NCBI GenBank assembly: GCA_041664925.1
Contig: JBAYJV010000002.1
Coordinates: 200,302-264,301 of the forward strand
Length of the DNA: 64,000 bases
From: Minisyncoccota bacterium
GTDB lineage: Bacteria > Patescibacteriota > Minisyncoccia > JBAYJV01
Direction: 5' to 3'
The notes beneath the pieces are model-generated. The model was not told where the DNA came from and made no database searches. It worked only from the letters and a program-made list of their open reading frames with translations. The position numbers were made by a program, and so were the translations under genes. Shown in pieces: positions 10,380 to 18,176 of the stretch; position 1 is the stretch's first letter; the number at the start of each line of letters is the position of its first letter.

Positions 10380-11324
10380 ATGAAGATTATTTTTATCGGT
10401 ACCGGAAAATTTGGATCAATCGTTTTAAGCAAGCTTTTAAAGTCAAAATACAAGCCCGATATTGTCGTTTGCGCTTACGATAAGCCCGTCGGCCGCTCTC
10501 AAGAGCTTTGCGCTTGCGAAACCAAACAAGTCGCTACCGAAAACAAAATTGAAGTTCTTGAATTGGACACAGTTAAAGAAGAAAAAAACATAAAAAAGAT
10601 TGTTTCCTTGAAATCAGATCTAATTATTGTTGCCGATACAAATTTCATTTTACCCAAGGAAGTTCTCGATCTTCCCAAGCACGGCTGCTTAAACATTCAT
10701 CCTTCGCTTCTTCCTCAATATCGCGGTCCATCTCCAATTCAATCTGTTATTTTTTGGGGAAAAACCGAAACAGGCGTAACGATTATAAAAATGGATGAAC
10801 GCATTGATCACGGTCCGATTGTTGCCAAACAAAAAGTATCAGTTATTGAAGGAGAAACTTTTGAAGGATTAAGAAATAAATTAGCAGAAGCAGGCGCAGA
10901 CTTGCTGGTAAAGACTTTGCCTGATTGGGTTTCTGGAAAAATCAATCCCCTTATTCAAATTGATGAAGATGCCATTTATACGAAAAAATTTGAAAAAGAA
11001 GATGGCAGAATAGATTGGAAAAACACCGCTGATTATATTGAAAGACTTGTTCGCGCTTTAAATCCTTGGCCCGGCACCTACACATTCTTTAATCGCAAAG
11101 AAGAAATAAAGCGCCTCAAGATTTTAAAAGCAAAAGCCACTGACCTTGAAGCAAAAAGCTTTGAAGAAGGAAAACTTACAGAAACTCAAGAAAAAAAACC
11201 AGCAATTCTTTGCAGTCAAGGAATTCTTTTACTGGAAGAAGTTCAGGTAGAAGGAAAAAATAAAATGACCGGTGAAGAATTTCTCAATGGTTATCATGGA
11301 CTTATCGGTATAAAATTCGAATAA
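10380..11324 (+). CDS. fmt: Methionyl-tRNA formyltransferase
   Basis: MKIIFIGTGKFG N-terminus; formyltransferase motif HPSLLPQYRGPSPIQ; C-terminal Fmt domain. Confidence 0.9.
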   Translation: MKIIFIGTGKFGSIVLSKLLKSKYKPDIVVCAYDKPVGRSQELCACETKQVATENKIEVLELDTVKEEKNIKKIVSLKSDLIIVADTNFILPKEVLDLPKHGCLNIHPSLLPQYRGPSPIQSVIFWGKTETGVTIIKMDERIDHGPIVAKQKVSVIEGETFEGLRNKLAEAGADLLVKTLPDWVSGKINPLIQIDEDAIYTKKFEKEDGRIDWKNTADYIERLVRALNPWPGTYTFFNRKEEIKRLKILKAKATDLEAKSFEEGKLTETQEKKPAILCSQGILLLEEVQVEGKNKMTGEEFLNGYHGLIGIKFE

Positions 11325-11383
11325 AAATACAGGAAGACTGTCAGTAATGACAGTCTTTTGTTTTAATTAAAAGAGGGAGGAGA

Positions 11384-11824
11384 CTACACTCCTCCCTTCT
11401 TGTCCTCGCCTTCTTCGGCGGAACACGGCACCTTGTATCGCACCATCTTCCGGATTCCTACAAATAGAAGGATGGCGACAATCACGAACACTAGCCACCA
11501 GAATCCCTGCCAAAGCCATGGAAAGAACCATGACAGGCTTCCAGGGTCGCCAGCTCCCTGCGCCCTTACCATTGACCCAGAAAGCGCAGGAAGAATGACA
11601 AACACGACCAGTGCTTCAAGCGCCGAGAGAGCTGCCACCGTGAACCACTTTTCGTCTCTCGACATCGGCTTCTTCTTGAAGATCTTTCCAATTCTCTCGT
11701 CAATAACCTCTTTGCTACCCTTGAGAATGTCGACTTTTTCGGTCTTCCTCGGTAGTCTTCTGCCCCGCAGAAGATAGCCGATAAAAAGTCCGACTCCAAA
11801 AACGAGAAGAATTACCCAGATCAT
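11384..11824 (-). CDS. Hypothetical membrane protein (high-GC, likely horizontally acquired)
   Basis: 146 aa with three predicted TM segments. About 50% GC against a window background of about 35%. Hairpin terminator at 11375-11396. Confidence 0.45.
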   Translation of the reverse strand: MIWVILLVFGVGLFIGYLLRGRRLPRKTEKVDILKGSKEVIDERIGKIFKKKPMSRDEKWFTVAALSALEALVVFVILPALSGSMVRAQGAGDPGSLSWFFPWLWQGFWWLVFVIVAILLFVGIRKMVRYKVPCSAEEGEDKKGGV

Positions 11825-11942
11825 TCCGCCTCCTTCCTTTGAGTGTTTGAATGTGAGAAACCTAACTTCCTCTTCACTATCTATTATACCACAAACTTAT
11901 TAAAAAATCAATACTTTATACCTTGGCACAAGTTATTTTGTA

Positions 11943-11976
11943 TAAAAAAAGAAGGTTCGCTTGCTGGCGAACCTTC
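11943..11976 (-). terminator. Intrinsic terminator (minus strand)
   Basis: 10-bp perfect stem GAAGGTTCGC/GCGAACCTTC, 6-nt loop, T7 run on the minus strand. Confidence 0.6.
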
Positions 11977-11994
11977 ATCTCATACGTTCCTGGG

Positions 11995-12240
11995 TCAAGT
12001 AGATATTGTCACTTCGACCAGCTCCACCGCTCCCTCAGGAAGGAGATCTTCGAGTCGCTTGACTTGAGCGCACTCGTAGGGCGTTCCTTCGCAGGGATCT
12101 TCGGAACTGAATCTCGCTCGACCTTCGCTTCTTTCGACAGGTTTCGGGCACCCCTGTCTGTGAGCACTCAGATGAGAGAAAGAAACTCCTCGATGCTTGC
12201 TTCGCGACACGTCTTTTCCTCCTTTGCGTTTTGGGTCCAT
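11995..12240 (-). CDS. Hypothetical basic small protein (high-GC); could alternatively be part of a non-coding transcript
   Basis: 81-aa ORF inside a minus-strand unit of about 400 nt, bounded by promoter rc(TTGACT-N16-TACAAT) at 12350-12377 and terminator 11943-11976. No SD. Confidence 0.3.
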   Translation of the reverse strand: MDPKRKGGKDVSRSKHRGVSFSHLSAHRQGCPKPVERSEGRARFSSEDPCEGTPYECAQVKRLEDLLPEGAVELVEVTIST

Positions 12241-12349
12241 GATTGGACCGCTAATGCTGGAGAGGAAAGGAGGTTTTTAAAGTACAATTTTAACTTTGTC
12301 CTCTCCAACATTAGAGATCTAATATTTGTTTAGAAAGTGCTTTTCACAT

Positions 12350-12377
12350 TACAATTCCATTGTAGCATATATTATAT
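12350..12377 (-). promoter_or_regulatory. Minus-strand promoter of the high-GC transcript
   Basis: rc TTGACT-N16-TACAAT. Confidence 0.45.
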
Positions 12378-12413
12378 CAAAAGTCAAGAAAAACAGTAGT
12401 TATTTGAAAAATA
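12376..12413 (-). terminator. Intrinsic terminator after ftsQ-like gene (bidirectional hairpin)
   Basis: AACAGTAGTTAT-TTGAAAA-ATAACTACTGTT flanked by T-runs on both strands. Confidence 0.55.
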
Positions 12414-12442
12414 ACTACTGTTTTTATAATTTATAATTGAAA

Positions 12443-13237
12443 TTATCGCTTGATGTAGGCCTTATTTTTTATTCGAAGATCAATGTATTCAATGCGATCA
12501 GTTAGCAAAATCTTTTTTTCTAAAATCAATACATTAAAAACACGGAATTGATTAGTAACATCAACTTTCGGATCAAAATAGAGCTTCCATCCATTGGTTA
12601 ATTGCATAATAAAATCGTAGTTCTGATTTATGATCGTTATATTTTCAATAACAAGTTCAGGTATTTTTTTGAGCTCTTCTTGCAAAGAAAGCAAACCCGA
12701 AACAAGATTTGTGTCACCGACAGTTCCTCCAAGTCCAAGCCCAAGGGAAGCTGTATCAGTAACTTCTATAATGAAAGGGCCTTTGCTTTCTGGGGATTTA
12801 CGAAAAAGATAACCATTGCTATCAAAATAGAAACAACTATTTTCAGGATTATTATTGCACCAGATACCTGCTTTTTGCCGCTCTTTGATAGTCATTACGA
12901 AATTACCAAATGGGTTTTCTTTCCAATTGGGTTTAATTTGAATATTTTCAATTTCTAAAAAATGTTTTTTGAAAACCTTTTCCAGATAATTTGATTTTAT
13001 AAGAGCGATAAAGAAATTGTCTTGACGAAAGAAAAACCATTTTTTTTGAAATTCAATTTGAATAAGTTGATTTAAGGACTTAGTATCAACCATTTGCGCG
13101 CCATCTATTTTCCAGTGGGAAATTTTTAAATACGGATTAAAAAAAAGAAGGAAAATACTTCCACCAAAAATAATACAAAACAAAATAATTTTCAGCAAGA
13201 AATATTTTCTCATCTTTAATACAAAGTGATTTTTCAA
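12443..13237 (-). CDS. ftsQ: Cell division protein FtsQ/DivIB-like (POTRA)
   Basis: N-terminal TM, POTRA-like region, C-terminal YIDLRIKNKAYIK. Confidence 0.6.
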   Translation of the reverse strand: MKNHFVLKMRKYFLLKIILFCIIFGGSIFLLFFNPYLKISHWKIDGAQMVDTKSLNQLIQIEFQKKWFFFRQDNFFIALIKSNYLEKVFKKHFLEIENIQIKPNWKENPFGNFVMTIKERQKAGIWCNNNPENSCFYFDSNGYLFRKSPESKGPFIIEVTDTASLGLGLGGTVGDTNLVSGLLSLQEELKKIPELVIENITIINQNYDFIMQLTNGWKLYFDPKVDVTNQFRVFNVLILEKKILLTDRIEYIDLRIKNKAYIKR

Positions 13238-13239
13238 AA

Positions 13240-14541
13240 TTATTCAGTACCAAAATCTGTTGGCATTTCTTCTAAATTGATTTTGACGGTTTTTGTTTTT
13301 CCTTTTGATAAAATCTTAAGAGTTATTTGGCTGCCAACTTTTTGATTAAATACTGCTTTGGAAAGAGTATAGGTTTCGTCTATTTTTTTACCATTAAATT
13401 CAAGAATAATGTCGTTTTCCAAGAGACCAGCTTTGTCAGCTGGACTTCCCGGCATCACCGCCAATTGAGTTTGAGTATCGCCTCTGACTATTAATGCGCC
13501 ATAATCAACAGAAAGTTTGTTTTCTTGTTGGATAGTTTTGTCAATCAAAACATATCTAACCCCTAAATATGGATAAACGATCTTTCCTGTTTTTATCATC
13601 GTCTCGACATTGTTTTTGGCCACATTAATTGGAATAGCAAATCCGATATTTTCTGCTCCGATGGCCATAGCAGTATTTACGCCAATAACTTCACCGTAAA
13701 TATTTAGCAAAGGTCCGCCAGAATTTCCACGATTAATAGCAGCATCAGTCTGAATAACTTGATCTAATGTTTCAGAACTAGCTCCCGTAGAGGCGTCGAG
13801 CTTCCTTTTAAGTCCAGAGATAACTCCAACATTAACAGAGTTACTAAATTCTCCGAGAGCATTGCCAATCGTAATCGCAGTTTGACCAATTTCAATTTTA
13901 TCAGAATCACCAAACTTTAGAGGTTTAAGCTTCAGTCCTTTTACGCGAATAAATGCTAAATCCTGAACAGGGTCTAGAAATATAATCTTGGCATCATATT
14001 TTTTACCATCATTGGTAACAGCCGTATAATCAGCGTTCTTGTCTGAGACAACATGTCGATTTGTCAAAATCAAGCCGTCAGTTCCTACAACAAAACCAGT
14101 TCCTCCGCCGATTTCAACTTTACCAGATTCATCTTGAGAAAGATTGAGATCAAGTGGCCCAAAAAATCCTTCGAATGGAGTTCCCTTGAAGAAATCTTGA
14201 AGAGGAGTGTTAGTATAGTCTTCCAATTTAGGAAGATCCTTGCTGACTACAATACTAACAACAGAAGGACTCGTGTCATTTATAATTTTTACAATTTGAT
14301 TTTGATAATCAACGGCTCTGCTTTCAATACCTTGGTCTGAGTTTTTGCTTTCTAATTGATTTTCGTTTCCTGAAATTGTTCCTTGGGAGATTTTATTTCC
14401 GTTAATTTTAACGAATATCTTAAAAGCTGCGAATCCAGAAACAAAACCAATAATTACAGATACAACAAGAGAGATAATAATGACGCTAATAAATGTGTGT
14501 TTGTGAAAAAATGTTTTTTCTAATTTTGATTTGTTAATCAT
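13240..14541 (-). CDS. htrA: HtrA/DegP-family serine protease with PDZ domain
   Basis: Trypsin-like catalytic motifs LTNRHVV, D, GNSGGPLLN; C-terminal PDZ; N-terminal TM. Confidence 0.85.
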   Translation of the reverse strand: MINKSKLEKTFFHKHTFISVIIISLVVSVIIGFVSGFAAFKIFVKINGNKISQGTISGNENQLESKNSDQGIESRAVDYQNQIVKIINDTSPSVVSIVVSKDLPKLEDYTNTPLQDFFKGTPFEGFFGPLDLNLSQDESGKVEIGGGTGFVVGTDGLILTNRHVVSDKNADYTAVTNDGKKYDAKIIFLDPVQDLAFIRVKGLKLKPLKFGDSDKIEIGQTAITIGNALGEFSNSVNVGVISGLKRKLDASTGASSETLDQVIQTDAAINRGNSGGPLLNIYGEVIGVNTAMAIGAENIGFAIPINVAKNNVETMIKTGKIVYPYLGVRYVLIDKTIQQENKLSVDYGALIVRGDTQTQLAVMPGSPADKAGLLENDIILEFNGKKIDETYTLSKAVFNQKVGSQITLKILSKGKTKTVKINLEEMPTDFGTE

Positions 14542-14564
14542 AGTTTAAAAAAAACACAAATTCA

Positions 14565-15368
14565 TTAGTGTAGAATTTCATAGGTCAAATAAACACTCAC
14601 ATTTACATTATTGGTGCCCGGCTGTATTGTGGGCGCAATGGAAGACATTTCTTCTTTCATTCCTCCGCCAATTCCATAATCATAGTAAGGTTGAGGAGTA
14701 TTTCCAGATTCAGAAAAATTAATAACATCCCCAAGACTTATGCCCAGCTGTCGAGCAAGAACCTTGGCTTTTTCTTGAGCATTTTTAATTGCTAAACCTC
14801 TTGCCTCAGAACGAGCCTTAACTTCATCGTCTATAATAAAGCTTAATCCGCCTATTTGGTTTGCTCCCAAGTCTGTGGCTTTTTGAATAGCAGTGCTGAT
14901 TTTGGAAAAATCTCTAATTTTTGCCTGAAGATTCTGGCTAACTTCATAACCAGTTAAAGTTGATTTTCCGCTCTGCGGATTGTAATCGTATTTCGGATAA
15001 ATTGAATAATTAGTGGTTTTAAAATCTTTTTCTTTAATACCAATTTCTTTAAGAGTGGAAATAATTTGATTCATAACTTTAGAACTTTCGTCTTGGGCTT
15101 GGGCAATATTTTTTGAATCTTTAGCGACGCCTAAACTTATAAGAGCAACGTCTGGTTTGATGTCAGTTTCGGCTTCGCCAGTCACTACTATCGTGTCCCT
15201 TAATTGCTGATTAGTAACACGACCATTGCTTTGAATTTGAGAAATTTTATAGGCAACTGATGCACCTATATATACTAGGACAAAAACAATGAGAACAGCG
15301 ATTAAGTTCATTGCAATTTTGCTTTTCTTTATAATGTCTAACATAGGTTTAAAATTACTAATTAACAT
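14565..15368 (-). CDS. SIMPL-domain (DUF541) periplasmic protein
   Basis: N-terminal TM; K-rich SIMPL-like repeats; C-terminal PGTNNVNVSVYLTYEI. Confidence 0.65.
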   Translation of the reverse strand: MLISNFKPMLDIIKKSKIAMNLIAVLIVFVLVYIGASVAYKISQIQSNGRVTNQQLRDTIVVTGEAETDIKPDVALISLGVAKDSKNIAQAQDESSKVMNQIISTLKEIGIKEKDFKTTNYSIYPKYDYNPQSGKSTLTGYEVSQNLQAKIRDFSKISTAIQKATDLGANQIGGLSFIIDDEVKARSEARGLAIKNAQEKAKVLARQLGISLGDVINFSESGNTPQPYYDYGIGGGMKEEMSSIAPTIQPGTNNVNVSVYLTYEILH

Positions 15369-15686
15369 ATATATTATTTATTACGAAATTTTTGTGTGAT
15401 TGTAACATATTATATCATAAAAATTATTAAGATTAAAAGTTCTTTTATGGTCATCAATTAAAATAAGAAAACTGCCGCGAATTGGGCATTATCCCCAAAA
15501 ACCCTTGACTTGGTTATTGGCCTATGGTAACCTAGGTTCCACTAAGAAAAAAGTGGTTTTTTTATAAAGAATGAAGGAAGTTCTCTTTAGTTGAGGTTCA
15601 TTCTTAAAAAGTAACTTACTACCATTAGTATTAACCGACAACTTAATAGCTTAAAGAAACTGCTGACAGTAAGAATAAAATCAAGA

Positions 15687-16667
15687 ATGGCAGCGGTTGT
15701 TTTATTTTCTTTCGTTTTTTGTCTTATTAGTGGTATTATCGTTAGTCAGGCGAGCAAATTTTCTACCCAAAAACTTGCATCTCAAGGGCTAAATTATGCC
15801 AAAGTGTCAAAAATTCTGACAGGCCAGGGAGGTAACGACGAAAACGCAACATCGACAGAGCAAGATGGTATTTTAACTATTTGGGATAATAGCCTCTTAG
15901 GATACAGTATTCCTTCTATAGCTCCAGATATGGTTATGAATCGAAAAGAAATTGTTGAATATACTGTTAAGACAGGAGATACCCTCTCAACGATCGCGGA
16001 TGAGTACGGAGTTTCTTTGAACACTCTTCTTTGGACAAACAAATTGACAGCCAAGTCATCAATCAAACCAGGCCAAACAATAGAGATTTTGCCAATATCA
16101 GGGACAAAGCATACGGTTAAAAGTGGAGAAAATATTTCTTTGATTGCTAAAAAATATAACGTCTCTGCGGAAAACATTATTGAATTTAATGATTTACCAG
16201 CCGATGCTTTTATAAGTATTGGCGACGAATTGGTTATTCCCGGAGGAACGCCTCCCGTGGTCGCCCCGCCAAAGAAAACATATTACGCAAGCTATGTTTC
16301 AACTGATAATAAAATATCTGCAGGATATTTCATTTATCCAACCTCAGGTCGTAATTGGGGAGTCCTTCATAATGTTAATGCTGTTGATATTGCTAATAGT
16401 TGCAGAACTCCGATATATGCTGCTGCTGCCGGAACAATTATTATCGCCGATAGTGTTGGCTGGAACAGTGGTTATGGAAATTATGTAAAAATTCACCATC
16501 CAAACGGAGTCGAAACTCTCTATGGTCATTTTAGCGAGATTGTTGTTTCTATAGACGATAAAGTTGAGCAGGGCGATTTAATTGGTTACATGGGAACAAC
16601 TGGTCATTCAACAGGATGTCATCTTCATTTTGAAGTCAGGGGAGCGAAGAATCCTTTTGTAAGATAA
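15687..16667 (+). CDS. LysM-domain M23 family peptidoglycan endopeptidase
   Basis: Two LysM repeats (YTVKTGDTLSTIADEYGVS; HTVKSGENISLIAKKYNVS). M23 active-site HxH GHSTGCHLHFEVR. Confidence 0.85.
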   Translation: MAAVVLFSFVFCLISGIIVSQASKFSTQKLASQGLNYAKVSKILTGQGGNDENATSTEQDGILTIWDNSLLGYSIPSIAPDMVMNRKEIVEYTVKTGDTLSTIADEYGVSLNTLLWTNKLTAKSSIKPGQTIEILPISGTKHTVKSGENISLIAKKYNVSAENIIEFNDLPADAFISIGDELVIPGGTPPVVAPPKKTYYASYVSTDNKISAGYFIYPTSGRNWGVLHNVNAVDIANSCRTPIYAAAAGTIIIADSVGWNSGYGNYVKIHHPNGVETLYGHFSEIVVSIDDKVEQGDLIGYMGTTGHSTGCHLHFEVRGAKNPFVR

Positions 16668-16701
16668 GCTTCAAATTTTCAATTATCAATATATGTTGAT
16701 A

Positions 16702-16724
16702 AAACGGCTAAGCCGTTTTTTTTA
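16702..16724 (+). terminator. Intrinsic terminator after LysM-M23 gene
   Basis: AACGGCTAAGCCGTT + T8. Confidence 0.6.
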
Positions 16725-16830
16725 TTCACTAGTTTGTAGTTTTCTAATGTAGAGTGTTTTTTGTACTTAATATGTTTTAAAAAATTAAGATGCATGGTAA
16801 AATGGCGGTAAAGAAAGAGAGGTGAAAAAA

Positions 16831-16989
16831 ATGAAATTAACAAATAAACAAATTACCGCTGTCATCGCTATTATTATTGGTATTTTAGTTCTAATTTTCC
16901 CCAATTTTCTTAATGCTCTTGTTGCTCTGTTTTTAATAGCTTACGGAATTATCAGTTTAATACCATCAAAGAAAAAGGCTAAAAAATAA
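16831..16989 (+). CDS. Small membrane protein (52 aa)
   Basis: SD GAGAGGTG 8 nt upstream; two hydrophobic helices; K-rich C-terminus. Below the ORF-track length cutoff. Confidence 0.4.
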   Translation: MKLTNKQITAVIAIIIGILVLIFPNFLNALVALFLIAYGIISLIPSKKKAKK

Positions 16990-17028
16990 TCATCAAAAAA
17001 AGGAGCTTCTGTAGGAGCTCTTTTTTAA

Positions 17029-17057
17029 TTGACAAAAAGGATAGTCAATATTAATAT
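17029..17057 (+). promoter_or_regulatory. Sigma-70-type promoter of the small-TM-protein array
   Basis: TTGACA-N17-TAATAT. Confidence 0.5.
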
Positions 17058-17105
17058 AATAGAATTGGTTCTTTTAAATAAACTCTTACAAGGTAAGGGA
17101 GGAGT

Positions 17106-17334
17106 GATGACATTGGTCCGACGAATCAAACAGAGCCCAAATACCTCAGCAGCGTGTTTAGTTTTTGGTGTATTTGTTCTCACTCTCGGAGTCGAATATT
17201 TTGTGACAACTAGAGATGTTTTGTCAATATCAATATCAATATCAATACCTTTAACCATTTGCTGTATTCTTGATTTGTTTTGTGATTCTATTGAATCACA
17301 AAGAATAAAGAGAGACAAAAGGAGTGTGCTATGA
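17106..17334 (+). CDS. Small two-TM protein, divergent paralog 1 of a tandem array
   Basis: SD GGGAGGAGTG before ATG; two hydrophobic helices; C-terminus CDSIESQRIK resembles CESHRAKLK of the downstream paralogs. Contains an (TCAATA)4 microsatellite. Confidence 0.4.
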
Positions 17335-17552
17335 AGATTAAGCGCTGGTTTGTAAAAAAAGTTATTGAGAATAAGCTTGTGTCTACGCTGTGTCTTATTC
17401 TCGCCATTATTCTGCTTTCTGTTGATATCTATTATACTTTGTTACTTTTTAGGCTGACATGGTTTATACTTTTAATGGCGTTCATCTCTGGTTTCCTTTT
17501 GTGGTTCGATGCAAAATGTGAATCGCATCGCGCAAAGCTAAAATTAGATTAA
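17331..17552 (+). CDS. Small two-TM protein, paralog 2
   Basis: 73 aa, two TM helices, C-terminus CESHRAKLKLD. The 3' 45 nt are identical to the next gene. Confidence 0.55.
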   Translation: MKIKRWFVKKVIENKLVSTLCLILAIILLSVDIYYTLLLFRLTWFILLMAFISGFLLWFDAKCESHRAKLKLD

Positions 17553-17563
17553 AAGGAGAAAAT

Positions 17564-17791
17564 ATGAATAAGAAAATCTGTCGACAGTTTGTGAAAAGAA
17601 TTGTTGAAAGCGAATTTATGTTTATTACATGTATAGGAATCTCCTTTAGCTTGCTGGCTGTTGATGTATTCTACGCCTTATTGGTCCGTAAAATAACACT
17701 CCTTGCGGCGATTATAATGTTAATTGGTTGTCTTCTTATAGTTTTTGGCGGAACGTGTGAATCGCATCGCGCAAAGCTAAAATTAGATTAA
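17564..17791 (+). CDS. Small two-TM protein, paralog 3
   Basis: 75 aa, SD AAGGAG, identical C-terminus CESHRAKLKLD. Confidence 0.55.
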   Translation: MNKKICRQFVKRIVESEFMFITCIGISFSLLAVDVFYALLVRKITLLAAIIMLIGCLLIVFGGTCESHRAKLKLD

Positions 17792-17802
17792 AAGGAGGAA
17801 AA

Positions 17803-18027
17803 ATGGATGAGGAAGTAATGGGTGTTATCAGTTCAGCAATCGCTGGATTTGGAGAACAAGCCAACATTGCCTCAAATGTAGCACGCGACAAGATAGCAGT
17901 AAAGATTATCGAGGAACTAGAAGATCATGGTTTCTTAATTGTTCCCGCTGCTTCATCTGGTTCTTTCCTGCGCAAAAGAGAAAAACCACCCGATTCTTTC
18001 GTTCGAGACCCTTCGGATATAGGATAG
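17803..18027 (+). CDS. Hypothetical small soluble protein
   Basis: SD AAGGAGG; 74 aa; terminator at 18033-18063. Confidence 0.45.
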   Translation: MDEEVMGVISSAIAGFGEQANIASNVARDKIAVKIIEELEDHGFLIVPAASSGSFLRKREKPPDSFVRDPSDIG

Positions 18028-18032
18028 TACAA

Positions 18033-18063
18033 AGCCGAGCATAAGCTGCTCGGCTCTTTTTTC
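18033..18063 (+). terminator. Intrinsic terminator ending the small-protein array
   Basis: AGCCGAGC-ATAAGCT-GCTCGGCT + T6. Confidence 0.6.
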
Positions 18064-18106
18064 TAATTTCATCTCTGAGTAAAACGAAGAGAAATGAAAT
18101 TAAGAA

Positions 18107-18152
18107 TCCGCCGAAGCCCTGTCTGCGGCAGGCAGGTTACGCGTAGGCGGAT
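18107..18152. repeat. REP-like palindromic element (CCTGYCTGCGGCAGGCAGG core), copy a
   Basis: ATCCGCCGAAGCCCTGTCTGCGGCAGGCAGGTTACGCGTAGGCGGAT, about 90% identical to the copy at 21218-21264 including the upstream GAAATGAAATTAAGA. Confidence 0.55.
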
Positions 18153-18176
18153 AATTTTCTACCATCACTTTGTACT

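Noticed and set aside
12001-12020. tmRNA-like 3' end CTTCGACCAGCTCCACCG
   Set aside because: No T-stem, no matching 5' acceptor strand, no tag-peptide reading frame with terminal Ala-Ala; on the antisense strand of the transcribed unit.
11400-12333. Plus-strand ORFs 11400-11777 and 11923-12333 in the high-GC segment
   Set aside because: They are antisense to better-supported minus-strand units (SD, promoter, terminator on minus strand) and have implausible amino-acid composition.
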